A stretch of 63,412 nt of DNA, counting the filler, from Octopus bimaculoides (lineage: Eukaryota), in assembly GCF_001194135.2 (NCBI RefSeq). It is 5 parts of 4 records of this genome, joined end to end, with 100 filler letters (N's around TTAATTAATTAA, not from the genome) between each part and the next. Parts side by side here need not be neighbours in the genome. Positions count along the whole stretch, not along the records: positions 1 to 29,279 come from NC_068981.1; positions 29,380 to 55,502 come from NC_068981.1; 3 more parts are not named here. One strand, 5' to 3'. The notes beneath the pieces were generated by a model. That model did no database searches. It was not told the DNA's origin and saw only the letters and a program-made list of their open reading frames with translations. Positions 27,030-38,384 of this stretch are shown piece after piece. Position 1 is the first letter of the stretch. Every line of letters starts with the position of its first letter. A program made the translations under genes and the position numbers.

Positions 27030-28260
27030 ATAGCCCTCTCATCTCAAGCACCTTTTCTTCATGGAGGATTTCAAACTTGAAATGATGATGCTGCTTGAGA
27101 ATGTGCAGCAAGGATATGCGGGTGGAATTCGGTATCTCAAACTGTGCGATGCTCCTTTTGAGACGAGGGAAATAGTAGATTATAAGGGCAAAGAATTCTT
27201 TTTCCAAGAGAATAGAAGACCCGGATGATGATGGGTACAACTGCATTAGGTTTCTGAAGCTGGAAAATGTATTGCAGAGAGAAATGAAAGACAAGGTCAT
27301 TACGGCATATTTGAAGGACGTGAGTCTTCTCAAGTTGAAACTCAATGCCAAAAAACGTATGGAGCACTGCCGTAGTCCGATATAGTGCACCTTTTTTGGA
27401 ATGGACACTAACTGAAAGACTATGACAATCTATAATACCCTCCAACGTATGGGCAGCATGCATAGGCTCTACATGAATAAGGTATAAAGGTGGACGTGGG
27501 CTGATTAGTGTATAGGAGTGTATCAACACTGAAAATGAAAGATGGCATGAATATTTGGTAACTAGTAAACAATGCCTGCTACAATATGCTGTTAATGCAG
27601 GAGGATTTACCATAAATGGACTTGAGAGGTTTCATTAATTCCGATCACAAATAGGGTCTATGAGAGGAGAAAATCTACTCACCTTGGAATTACATGATCA
27701 GTTCCACCGTGAAACAAACAACTTCAAAGACCATTAAACATAATGGAGGTGGCTAAGAAAGCGCGACATAAAAAAGAATACTGAAAGACTAACCATCGCC
27801 GCCCAAAATCAGGCATTGAATACCAATTCAGTGGAAAAGTATATATACAAAATATGTGCAACATATATACCAAACATGTGCAGAATGTGTGGGAAGAGGG
27901 TCGAAATCGTAACTCACATCGTTAGTGCTTGTGAAAGTCTTGTGCAGAAAGTAAAAGCGTAGACACGAAAAGGTAGCACAAAACCTCCACTGGCCATAAG
28001 TATGGATATGAGGTTATGGGTGCTTTTTAACAACATACACCAGAAAATTTAATGAAAGAAAAGGGCAGGGCCAAAATCCTCTGAGACTTTGATTTCTAGA
28101 CAAACATGGTGCTAGAGCACCAAAGGCCGGATGTAGTAACCTTTAGGAGGGACAAGCAAGAATATCAAATAATTGAAGTGGCAGCGCCAGAAGATCAATA
28201 TGTTATCATGAAAGAAAGAGAAAAAGGTGATAAATTTTCGGTATTGAGCAGAAAATAATT
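27030..28260 (+). mobile_element. Old R4/Dong-clade fragment (RT to REL)
   Basis: Degenerate motifs including LTIAAQNQALNTNS, CRMCG.RVEIVTHIVSACE and RPDVV..IIEVAAPED. Confidence 0.7.
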
Positions 28261-28289
28261 CTAACTCCATATCCAATTAAGGGTACTGC

Positions 28290-28915
28290 TATTGAATTCA
28301 TTGGTTCAAGAAAAGTTTTGGAATTCAGCTTTGACTGCAATAATTTTCTCTACTCCTTGTGTACGCCCTACTGGTAATTTTTTCATTTTTTCATTTTCCT
28401 TTTCCATCTGCTTCCTGTATTCCCAAATACGTATGCCACTGTCCTTCCTCCACTGCTTTCATTGCTTGCCCATTTGGCATTTCAATTCCATGGCTTCTTT
28501 CAAATTTTCCTTGTTTCATTTTCAATATGGCGAACTTTTCCATCTCAAATTCCATACCTACATCATTTGAGAAAATGCGGATAATATGTACAAGACTTTC
28601 AAACATTTTCTCAATTTTCACATACACCATTACACCATCCATGAAAAGGTGATGATATATCTGGTCATTTCATTTTCCCAAACCCTAATCTATTTTAACT
28701 TTTCGTGGTGTCATAGCGAACCGTGTCATGGCCACTACGATTAATAATGGAGATAAGCTATCACATTTGAACGTTCCACGTCTCATCCTCATTCTCTGTG
28801 TCTTTGCTATCCTATGCATGTTCATCTTTTTTTTACTTATCCAACTGTGTATGCTATGTCATATGTTTTTTATAATCTTGCCATGCTACACCCAGTCCTG
28901 TCAATCTGCGTCTAC
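28290..28915 (-). mobile_element. Old R4/Dong-clade RT-core fragment
   Basis: ORF 28391-28642 MDGVMVYVKIEKMFESLVHIIRIFSNDVGMEFEMEKFAILKMKQGK..GIEMPNG..YLGI matches (Y/F)MDDLKLY..LESLV.TVRIFS.DIGMEFG.EKCA. Confidence 0.75.
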
Positions 28916-28924
28916 AATTTCTAA

Positions 28925-29279
28925 TTATTATTATTATTATTATTCAGTAGTTTTATTTTTATAACGTGCTTTCACTTCACTACCGAGCGCAGCTCTGTGC
29001 GCCTTGGGTATGTGCTGTGGTTTGCTGTGGTGCTCTTATGTTTACTGTATTGAAAGTGTTTTGCGTAGGATGTGTGCAGTACCCAGTAGTGCAATTTTCT
29101 GTATGTTATATATATTTGTAAGTCCTGCTATTTTTGTTATGTATTTGTCTGAATATTTTTTTATTATACCTAAGGCACCTACTATGATAGGAATTGTTTC
29201 TGTTTTTAGATTCCACATTCGAGTTATCTCTATTTCCAGGTCTTTGTATTTTGAAAGTTTTTCCATTTCTTTTAGAGAA
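28925..29279 (-). mobile_element. Young Dong/R4-like LINE 3' end (5' side lost in gap)
   Basis: ORF 29042-29266 MEKLSKYKDLEIEITRMWNLKTETIPIIVGALGIIKKYSDKYITKIAGLTNIYNIQKIALLGTAHILRKTLSIQ; near-identical to 26.6-26.9 kb; (ATT)n tail. Confidence 0.9.
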
Positions 29280-29697
29280 NNNNNNNNNNNNNNNNNNNNN
29301 NNNNNNNNNNNNNNNNNNNNNNNTTAATTAATTAANNNNNNNNNNNNNNNNNNNNNNNNNNNNNNNNNNNNNNNNNNNNATTAAAATATTATTGGAGATA
29401 TTGGATATCGGATAAAGACAGAGAGAATAATTAAGTTGTCGCATTTGAATGGCACCAGTAATCCAATTTTGCATTTTTTTTTTCTATTTCTGTTTATGTA
29501 TTTTGCTTTTCCTCTTTAAAGCTTCGAACTCGGTCCGCTTGAAAGCTAATTTCTTGGTAAAACCTGTCACCTAACACTGAAAGGATAAAGTAAACAAAAC
29601 ATTGTCACATCGATTCAAATTGAATAGAATATGTGGCATACGATATATAATGATATTAAAAACAAACAACATGTCACACCACTTCTAAAAATGAATT

Positions 29698-30150
29698 ATT
29701 ATTGAGTGAGAGAGCAGTGCATGCCATCAAAGTTACAGTGGGTAAAATATATGAAGCCCATTATACCCATCATGACTACCCGTCTGATAAGGGTACACCA
29801 GATACATGCATCTCAACCATATGTGCGCGACATGGTGATCTCACATCAAGATAAACAGTGCATGACCTTGCAGGTGGGGCCCAGTTAGAATTTTCTTCGG
29901 ATTGAGTAGCCTATCCCACTCAAAAGGTCCCTGAATAAGGATTGTTTAAGGATGTTGAACGAAACACCCATGTTTCCAAAGGTGAATTATTCAAACCCCA
30001 AAGAATTCCTCACAACACATGGCTATGATGCTCCCCACACTACTTCTGCTCGTGATCAAAGATGCACATATCGTCAGCCACTAAGGGACATACTCAACTG
30101 GTTAAGGTCAAACATCTGACAATTAAGCCTGTGGTATTGAGCAGAATATA
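29698..30150 (-). mobile_element. 3' region of a second LINE/SINE family with an (AAT)n tail
   Basis: ATTATTGAGTGAGAGAGCAGTGCATGCCATC... is repeated at 32525-32750 and, inverted, at ~14955-14985. Confidence 0.65.
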
Positions 30151-30164
30151 TCCCGCTGGAACTA

Positions 30165-30960
30165 GGTCACAGGAGAACCGTGTCTGCATACGCGGACGAC
30201 GTCGCTGTCATAGCATCAGACACTTCGGACATAGAAAAGATCGCCACAATACTGAAAGAATATCAGGAAAGCACAGGTGCACTCATAAACCAGGACAAGT
30301 CAGTAGGTCTGCAACTAGGTTCTTGGAGAGGCAAGTCGACTAGCAGTGATTTCTGTCACTGGACGATAGATAGGAACTGGGAAGAGGTCATGACTAGGGT
30401 GGCCTAGCTCACCCAGAAATGGGCAAAAAGGAAGCTGTCTCAGAAAGGCCGGGCGGAAGTAGCGAATGTATATATCGCTTCGATAGTCTACTACCACCTG
30501 ACCGTCGTACCTGGTCCTAAGAAAACTCTGACCAAATTGGAGTGCTTGCTTTTCCGATTCTTATGGAAGGGTCAGGTTCCACTGGTCAAAAAGTTCATCT
30601 GCTGTCAACATCCACACCATGGTGGTCTTAGGATGCCATCGTTAATGATGCGGAGCCACGCTTTGAGGCTGTCACACCTACTGAAATATCTAAATCACTG
30701 CGATGATGTGGACGACGACGACAACGAAAATAAGGGTGAACTGGTGTGGGCGTCTTTCGTGCGACACGTTTTTCTGTAGCTCAGCTCATTGACAGAGCTG
30801 CAGTCAAGATTGGGCGTTTGACATCTAGAATGTTGCAAGGCGTTCACTGCATCATACCAGCTGTCCAAAATTGTTAGCGGGTTGAAGACCCTGGGTAATT
30901 TCCAAAAGTCTTTGGCTTGGCAGTGCTACAGAGAGGCATTGCTCGTTCAAGAAAGCTCTT
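30165..30960 (+). mobile_element. Tx1/L1-clade LINE RT fragment
   Basis: SAYADDVAVIASDTSDIEKIATILKEYQESTGALINQDKSVGLQLGSW, then KLSQKGRAEVANVYIASIVYY and FRFLWKG..GGLRMP; typical Tx1/L1 RT and thumb region. Confidence 0.85.
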
Positions 30961-31107
30961 CAGGCATGGAAGTGTCAACAGCCGAACATGCCCGAGATGC
31001 TTGCGGGAGAACAAAACCGTCCTAATGCAATAATTCAGTGTGCGTACATTAGATAGTTGTGAGATTGTGTGGAGCAGTTGTTGCGTGTAAGACGAATTTA
31101 GCTGTTT

Positions 31108-31291
31108 GGTTGTTTCAGTCATTTGACTGCGGCCATGCTGGAGCACCGAGTGAATCGACCCCAGGACTTATTCTTTGTAAGCCTAGTACTTATTATATCG
31201 GTCTCTTTTGCCGAACCGCTAAGTTACGGGAACGTAAACACACCACCATCGGTTGTCAAGCGATGTTGGGGGGACAAACACAGACACACAA

Positions 31292-31322
<31 letters not shown>

Positions 31323-31495
31323 CATATATACGACAGGCTTCTTTCAGTTTCCGTCTACCAAATCCACTCACAAGGCTTTGGTCGGCCCGAGGCTATAGCA
31401 GAAGACACTTGCCCAAGGTGTCACGCAGTGGGACTGAACCCGGAACCGTGTGGTTGGTAAGCAAGCTACTTACCACACAGCCACTCCTGCGCCTA
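31108..31495 (-). mobile_element. tRNA-derived SINE, family A
   Basis: Reverse complement of 39277-39666. Confidence 0.9.
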
Positions 31496-32084
31496 TAGTG
31501 TATAGTGAAAATCGAAGTACCAGCTTCCCTTAACAGAGAAAGAAGGCAGATCTTTTTCTCCTTAGTGGTTGTGGCAAAAGAGGCTGTGTGGTGGAACCGT
31601 CTGAAAGGTTTGAAGATAGGCACATTCCTATCTGGTCAAGCCCTCATTAATTTCTTCAAATATCATTTGAAGATGAAAGGGAGGGAGGTGCTGCCTTCTA
31701 GTGTGTTTATCAAAAGGTGGTCGATAGTGGCAAGACTGGTGAGACTGAAAGGATCTACGCTGAATGTGCTTTTATAAGTAGGAGGAAAGAAACTGGAAGA
31801 GGGCAATTTCCCATGCCTTGGGGATAGCTGAGTAATCCGGGATTTTTGTGTGGGGTTTACCACGGATTACCCTAAGTGGACTGCCCAGCTATTGGAGATT
31901 CTGTTTATTTATTATTTATTTTTCTACTTTCTAGTATATCCTTTAATGTGGTAGCATCATCCCTTGAATGATGTTAACCCCACATGTTTTTGTAATTTTT
32001 TGGTGCTGTAACTCATCCTTCGATATTGTCCTCTATGTCTTAGGCTCTAGTGGCCAATAAAAAAACTCACTATTATTATTATTA

Positions 32085-32124
<40 letters not shown>

Positions 32125-32128
<4 letters not shown>

Positions 32129-32480
32129 TAGTTTTATTTTTATAACGTGCTTTCACTTCACTACCGAGCGCAGCTCTGTGTGCCTTGGGTATGTGCTGTG
32201 GTTTGCTGTGATGTTCTTATGGTTACTGTATTGAAAGTGTTTTGCGTAGGATGTGTGCAGTGCCCAGTAGTGCAACTTTCTGTATGTTATATATATTTGT
32301 AAGTCCTGGTGATTTTGTTATGCATTTGTCTGAATATTTTTTTTTATACCTAAGGCGCCTGTTTTTAGATTCCACATTCGAGTTACCTCTATTTCCAGGT
32401 CTTTGTATTTTGAAAGTTTTTCCATTTCTTTTAGGGAAATGTTGTCATCTGCTGGTATTGACACATCAATTAGAAAACAT
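32125..32480 (-). mobile_element. Young Dong/R4-like LINE 3' end inside (ATT)n
   Basis: Same sequence as 28925-29279 with a small internal deletion; (ATT)n on both flanks. Confidence 0.9.
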
Positions 32481-32493
32481 TTTTTTATTATTA

Positions 32494-32524
<31 letters not shown>

Positions 32525-32528
<4 letters not shown>

Positions 32529-32750
32529 GAGTGAGAGAGCAGTGCATACCATCAGTGACACTAGGGTAAAATATTTAAAGTCCACTATATCCATCATGAC
32601 TACTTGTCTGATAAGGGCATACCAGGCACATCCTTATGTGCGCGACATCCTTATGTAATCTCATATCAAGATAAACAGCGTATGATCTTGTAGGTGAAGC
32701 CCGGTTAGAATTTTTTTCAGGTCGAGTAGCCCATCCCGCTCAAATGGTCC
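32525..32750 (-). mobile_element. 3' region of the second (AAT)n-tailed family
   Basis: Homologous to 29698-29930. Confidence 0.65.
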
Positions 32751-32800
32751 GAAAATTATCATCATCATCATCACCACCATCAATAGTAGTAGTAGTAGTA

Positions 32801-33346
32801 CGTCTGTCTTTGTCAAGTTCAAAATAAGAAGTGATAAAAATTCAAAATTACAGAAATTTAAACGTAAAGCATGAACGAGAGCAACCAGCGTCCACACGTT
32901 GATGGAATGACATCATCAGTTTTTAAGTTATAACAGACGAAAAGAAAAAGACGAAGAAGACTTGAAAGTGCATATTCTCAGAAAGTATTCTGAATCTGCT
33001 CCACTTTCACTTCTCAGAATGTGTGAAGAGAAATATGTTTGTGGGTTATTAACATCACGCCCTGGAGGAATGAATAAGATGACAGGAGAATATCATCAAA
33101 TTTATACAAAACTGTTTGATTAAATATTCTTCTCTCTCTCTTTTTCTTTCCTTTTTTCTGTCGTCTTCTTTTTTCTATTTTTTTCTGTCTTTTTCTTTTC
33201 GTCTGTTATAAAATTGTAACTTAAAAACTGATGATGTCATTCCATCAACGTGTGGACACTGGTTGCTCTCGTTCATACTTTACGTTTAAATTTCTGTAAT
33301 TTTGAATTTTTATCACTTCTTATTTTGAACTTGACAAAGATAGACG
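32801..33346. mobile_element. MITE with ~150-bp TIRs and TA target duplication
   Basis: TA|CGTCTGTCTTTGTCAAGTTCAAAATAAG... and ...CTTATTTTGAACTTGACAAAGATAGACG|TA; the arms (~32801-32950, ~33190-33346) are highly similar inverted copies. Confidence 0.85.
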
Positions 33347-33531
33347 TACTGTTGAAATATCGTTCAACGAATAAAATAACTTACAATCGAATCGCGCTCT
33401 TCGTTTTGACTGTTTACCGGTACTACTAAAGCATCGTGGTCCCGAACGCGCAGTCGCGCGTCCGCGCTAGCTAGTCGTGAGTGGTCGATCCTACAAAAAG
33501 TGCGCGCGCGCGTGCGCAAATGAATACGTGT

Positions 33532-33573
33532 TTAGGGTTAGGGTTAGGGATAGGGTTAGGGATAGGGTTAGGG
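33532..33573 (+). repeat. Interstitial telomere-like array running into an assembly gap
   Basis: Seven hexamers: (TTAGGG)3 ATAGGG TTAGGG ATAGGG TTAGGG, then Ns. Confidence 0.9.
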
Positions 33574-33891
33574 NNNNNNNNNNNNNNNNNNNNNNNNNNN
33601 NNNNNNNNNNNNNNNNNNNNNNNNNNNNNNNNNNNNNNNNNNNNNNNNNNNNNNNNNNNNNNNNNNNNNNNNNNNNNNNNNNNNNNNNNNNNNNNNNNNN
33701 NNNNNNNNNNNNNNNNNNNNNNNNNNNNNNNNNNNNNNNNNNNNNNNNNNNNNNNNNNNNNNNNNNNNNNNNNNNNNNNNNNNNNNNNNNNNNNNNNNNN
33801 NNNNNNNNNNNNNNNNNNNNNNNNNNNNNNNCCTTTGTGAAGAGTTACGTCAATCCTTTTTAAAATATTATTATTATTATTATTATTATTG

Positions 33892-34110
33892 AGGCGGCGA
33901 GCTGGCAGAATCATTAAAACGCCGGGCGAAATGCTTAGCGGTGTTTCGTCTGTCTCCACGTTCTGAGTTCAAATGCCACTGGGGTCGACTTAGCTTTTCA
34001 TCCTTTCGGGTTCGATAATTTAAGTACCAGTTACGCACTGGAGGTCAATGAAACTGACTTACCCGCTTCCCTAGAATTTCGGGCCTTGTACCTATACTGG
34101 AAAGGATTAT
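33892..34110 (+). mobile_element. tRNA-derived SINE, family C
   Basis: GGCGGCGAGCTGGCAGAATC..GCCGGGCGAAATGCTTAGC..TTCTGAGTTCAAAT head, CATCCTTTCGGGG.CGATAA..AAGTACCAG core, (ATT)n tail. Confidence 0.85.
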
Positions 34111-34150
34111 TATTATTATTATCATCATCATCATCATCATCATCATTATT

Positions 34151-34370
34151 TAGGCAGTGAGCTAGCAGAATCGTTAGCACGCCGGGCGAAATGCTTAGTG
34201 GTCTGTCGCTACGTTCTGAGTTCAAATTCCGCCGAGGCCGATTTTACAATTCATCCTTTCGGGGGTTGATAAATTAAATACCAGTCAAGTACTAGGGTCA
34301 ATGTGATCGACTGTCCTCTCTCCACAAAAATCAAGACATTGTGTCTATAGCAGAAAAGATTATTATTATT
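34151..34370 (+). mobile_element. tRNA-derived SINE, family C
   Basis: Tandem neighbour of 33892-34110, separated by (ATT)n(ATC)n. Confidence 0.85.
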
Positions 34371-34374
34371 ATTA

Positions 34375-34731
34375 TTCAGTAGTTTTATTTTTATAGCGTG
34401 CTTTCACTTCACTACCTAGTGTAGCTCTGTGTGCATTGGGTATGTGCTGTTGTTTGCTGTGATGCTCTTATGGTTACTGTATTGAAAGTGTTTTGCGTAG
34501 GATGTGTGCAGTGCCCAGTAGTGCAATTTTCTGTATGTTATATATATTTGTAAGTCCTGGTGTTTTTGTTATGTATTTGTCTGAATATTTTTTTATCATA
34601 CCTAAGGCGCCCACTATGATAGGAATTGTTTTTGTTTTTAGATTTGAGTTACCTCTATTTCCAGATCTTTGTATTTTGAAAGTTTCTCCATTTCTTTTAG
34701 GGAAATGTTGTCATCTGCTGGTATTGATACA
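34375..34731 (-). mobile_element. Young Dong/R4-like LINE 3' end
   Basis: Same family as 26461, 28925 and 32125; abuts (ATT)n. Confidence 0.85.
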
Positions 34732-34974
34732 TTATCCTCGATTATCTCAAGAGGCCTTCCTGTACCAGGAGGGCCACATCTCTATCATTCCCCTCGCCAC
34801 TTTTTTTAAACCTTTGCATGCTATGCACATATCCCTTGTCTTTCAGTGTATACTTACTTTCTATTCTTTTTTATTTTATTATTTCATTGTATGTCAACCC
34901 CAACACTTTATGTCTGTCTTTGTATTGTCCCCCTTATCCTTCGCCCTTGTGGCAAATAAATGAAATCCTTATGA

Positions 34975-35115
<141 letters not shown>

Positions 35116-35122
35116 AGAAGTG

Positions 35123-35345
35123 GTGGTGAGCTGGGAGAATCGTTAGCACACAGGATGAAATTCTTAGTGGTATTTCGCCCATTGCTACATTCTGAGTTCA
35201 AATTCTGCCGAGGTCAACTTTGCCTTTCATCCTTTCGGAGTCGATAAATTAAGTACCAGTCAAGTACTGAGGTTGATGTGATCGTCTATCCCTCTTCCAA
35301 CAAATTCCAGGCCTTGTGCCTATAGTGGAAAGGATTATTATTATT
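35123..35345 (+). mobile_element. tRNA-derived SINE, family C
   Basis: GTGGTGAGCTGGGAGAATCGTTAGCAC...GCCTTTCATCCTTTCGGAGTCGATAAATTAAGTACCAG. Confidence 0.85.
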
Positions 35346-36000
35346 ATTGCTGCTGAAAAGATTTTTACAGTAATTAATTCATTTTATGTACCATATCATA
35401 AACTTTTAGCACAAATACTTGTTTCCTCTCTTGAAGAATTGAGAAACGTTCTTTCTCTCCCTCCCCACGTCTCTCTCTCTCTCTCTAGTCATTAGTTTAA
35501 GGTTTCACACTGCAGTTTTATTCAGCTGTCATTAAATAAAGATTTTCGAGGCAGCCTCTTCGTACTATAATTACACTTCATTTACAAAAGATTCCGTAAC
35601 GAGAACAAAAACTTTGGCTAACACGATTATTTTCCTTTGAAATCCTATATTCTCTCCTAATGTTTTGTTAACATCTCTATGAAAAGTTTCACCTGAATGA
35701 TGGTTGTTGCATTCATTATCGTTTAATTTTACTTATTTTATTTCTACACTTAGGGGGGGGGGGAGAATGGAATCTTTATAAGCTAGAAATCTAGTTGCTA
35801 AATTTAAAATGTTTATTTCATGATCATTATAAAAAGGAGCTTTGGTAGTGGTAGATGTGTCAGCTATTGTTGATTCATGCTCTGGCTTGTCAGATAGAGT
35901 TGGTATGAAATCTAACTTAGAAAAAACACCTATGTCTATAGAAATATTATCATAAGAAAATTAATTGCTATGTAACATTAATTAGTAGTATCTTTTATTA

Positions 36001-36325
36001 TCTTCTGTCATTTGATTGCGGTCATGCTGGGGCACTGCCTTGAAGGGTTTTAGTCAAACAAATTAACCCCAGGACTTATTTTTTAATGTCTGGTACTTAT
36101 TATGTCGGTTTCTTTTGTTGAACCAGTAAGTTATGAGGATGTGAATAAACCAGCTCCGGTTAAGCTGTGTGAGTAGGGATACTCAGTTTCCGTCTATCAA
36201 ATCCAGTTACAAGGCTTGGGTCAGCCCGGGGCTACAGTAGATGAGACTTGTCCATGGTGCCACATAGTGGGACTGAACCTGAAACCATGTGTTTGGAAAA
36301 CAAACTTTTTACCATGCTGCTATGT
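36001..36325 (-). mobile_element. Diverged SINE family A copy
   Basis: GGTCATGCTGGGGCACTGCC...TGGTGCCACATAGTGGGACTGAACC matches family A. Confidence 0.75.
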
Positions 36326-36739
36326 ATGGAGAAGAAAAGATTAAAATTTCTGAGAGAAGGGATGAAAGAAACCTGCATCAGAGCACACCTTCTATGACTA
36401 AATACAGAACAGAATTATTGACTGGTTGGTCTAACTTGAGACGGTTGGCATAATCTGGAAGAAGAATATAGCAAAGTTTCGATTCTGGAAGAAATCAATA
36501 AATTCACTTCTCTTGAGCATTTTACAAAGGCATGAACATGACAAACCGATATTTCCTGTCTCTAAATCATAAGATCTTTGTATCTAGAGAAAAGAAACAA
36601 AATGTTACTCGTTTGAGTTTGTATGGAAGTGGTTATACACCATTAGGTGTACTCCGCTTCCGTACATTAAATTTCTTGAAGAAACAACGGAACGCAGATT
36701 CTGAACTGTCAACACAACAATATTTATTACAATAGAAGT

Positions 36740-37090
36740 CGGCAGCACTTCGCCCTTTGGTTACTGAGACGCCGTCAATGAAGTTGTGTGGTTATTTGTG
36801 TAGCTCCATAGTTGGAATGTTGGAGAGTGGCTGCTACGACGTCTCGGCCCTTCGTCGGCTAGCGAGAAAGAGAATGAAAAGAAGAGCGAAAGCTTGGATG
36901 TCGATGACTACGCATGCGCATGAGACTCTTCCTGTATTCCTTCCGGAACTAGTCCCTACGCATGTGTGGATAAACTTTCCGGAAATGTCGTCTGCTATTA
37001 AGGCGTCACTAGATGGCTCCCCCTCGAGTGCCGAAAGCACGAAAATAGAAAATTGGAGTGGTGCCTGAGGCAAGATGGCCACCGAAACCA
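36740..37090. promoter_or_regulatory. CpG-rich promoter-like island
   Basis: Locally high CpG/GC; CGCATGCGCA (36911-36920, NRF1-like), TTCCGGAA twice (36941-36948, 36977-36984; ETS-like), CAAGATGGCC (37071-37080; YY1-like). Motif assignments come from metazoan consensus; no transcript evidence. Confidence 0.5.
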
Positions 37091-38331
37091 CCCACAAGAT
37101 GTGGCACAAACACACACAAAGAAAAATCAAAGAAATGATGTACACTTGTGAGATACATGCATGCAATGTACAAAAGAATTGACAATGACAAAACAACCGT
37201 GATGACAACTGTCCAGGAAACTGGAATCACGCGATGTAAAAGTCTGATTTTTTTGTTTTTTCCTGAAAGGAAAGAAAATATATGAGTGCACAAGTGTGTG
37301 TGTGAGAGAAAACACAGAACATAGTAAAAGTGTCTGTAGAGAAAAATCCAGTTCGTATAAGAGTTACACAAGATTTAGAATGTTCATACGCAGGAAGTTG
37401 TGGTCAAGGNNNNNNNNNNNNNNNNNNNNNNNNNNNNNNNNNNNNNNNNNNNNNNNNNNNNNNNNNNNNNNNNNNNNNNNNNNNNNNNNNNNNNNNNNNN
37501 NNNNNNNNNNNNNNNNNNNNNNNNNNNNNNNNNNNNNNNNNNNNNNNNNNNNNNNNNNNNNNNNNNNNNNNNNNNNNNNNNNNNNNNNNNNNNNNNNNNN
37601 NNNNNNNNNNNNNNNNNNNNNNNNNNNNNNNNNNNNNNNNNNNNNNNNNNNNNNNNNNNNNNNNNNNNNNNNNNNNNNNNNNNNNNNNNNNNNNNNNNNN
37701 NNNNNNNNNNNNNNNNNNNNNNNNNNNNNNNNNNNNNNNNNNNNNNNNNNNNNNNNNNNNNNNNNNNNNNNNNNNNNNNNNNNNNNNNNNNNNNNNNNNN
37801 NNNNNNNNNNNNNNNNNNNNNNNNNNNNNNNNNNNNNNNNNNNNNNNNNNNNNNNNNNNNNNNNNNNNNNNNNNNNNNNNNNNNNNNNNNNNNNNNNNNN
37901 NNNNNNNNNNNNNNNNNNNNNNNNNNNNNNNNNNNNNNNNNNNNNNNNNNNNNNNNNNNNNNNNNNNNNNNNNNNNNNNNNNNNNNNNNNNNNNNNNNNN
38001 NNNNNNNNNNNNNNCATGTAGGAAACTGCTCAAAAAGTTGTTAGGATGAAATAACCGTGAAGTTTTTTGTGTGAAAAACCACAAAGGTCTCAGCCGCAAA
38101 GAAGTCTTTGGTTATAGGCTCTGGAAATCATTGACAAAATGAAAAACTTTAACGTAGGAAAATTTACTTAGCTTTTCACTTGTGATGGATGAGAATGTAG
38201 AGGCAATCCTGAAGTTGAACGTTGCGAAGCATACAAATTCAATGGCTGTTGAAACGGGGTCTGTAGATATTTTAGCTCGGGGTAATGCCGTATTTACTTA
38301 TGTCAGCGGCAGTTCGTGTAGTATTATTGGT

Positions 38332-38384
38332 CGCATGCGCGGATAAACTTTCCGGAAATGTCGTCGGCTATTAAGGCGTCACTA
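38332..38384 (+). repeat. 53-bp direct duplicate of 36959-37011
   Basis: CGCATGCGCGGATAAACTTTCCGGAAATGTCGTCGGCTATTAAGGCGTCACTA versus CGCATGTGTGGATAAACTTTCCGGAAATGTCGTCTGCTATTAAGGCGTCACTA (3 differences). Confidence 0.9.

Noticed and set aside
29280-29379. TTAATTAATTAA centred in 100-bp N blocks (also 55503-55602, 59109-59208, 62179-62278)
   Set aside because: An assembly spacer with stops in all frames marking unsized joins; not biological.
26461-34731. Recurrent near-identical segments resembling a spaced repeat array or a fixed-length SINE
   Set aside because: They are dispersed LINE 3' ends in both orientations with different 5' truncation points; no CRISPR-type repeat-spacer periodicity.
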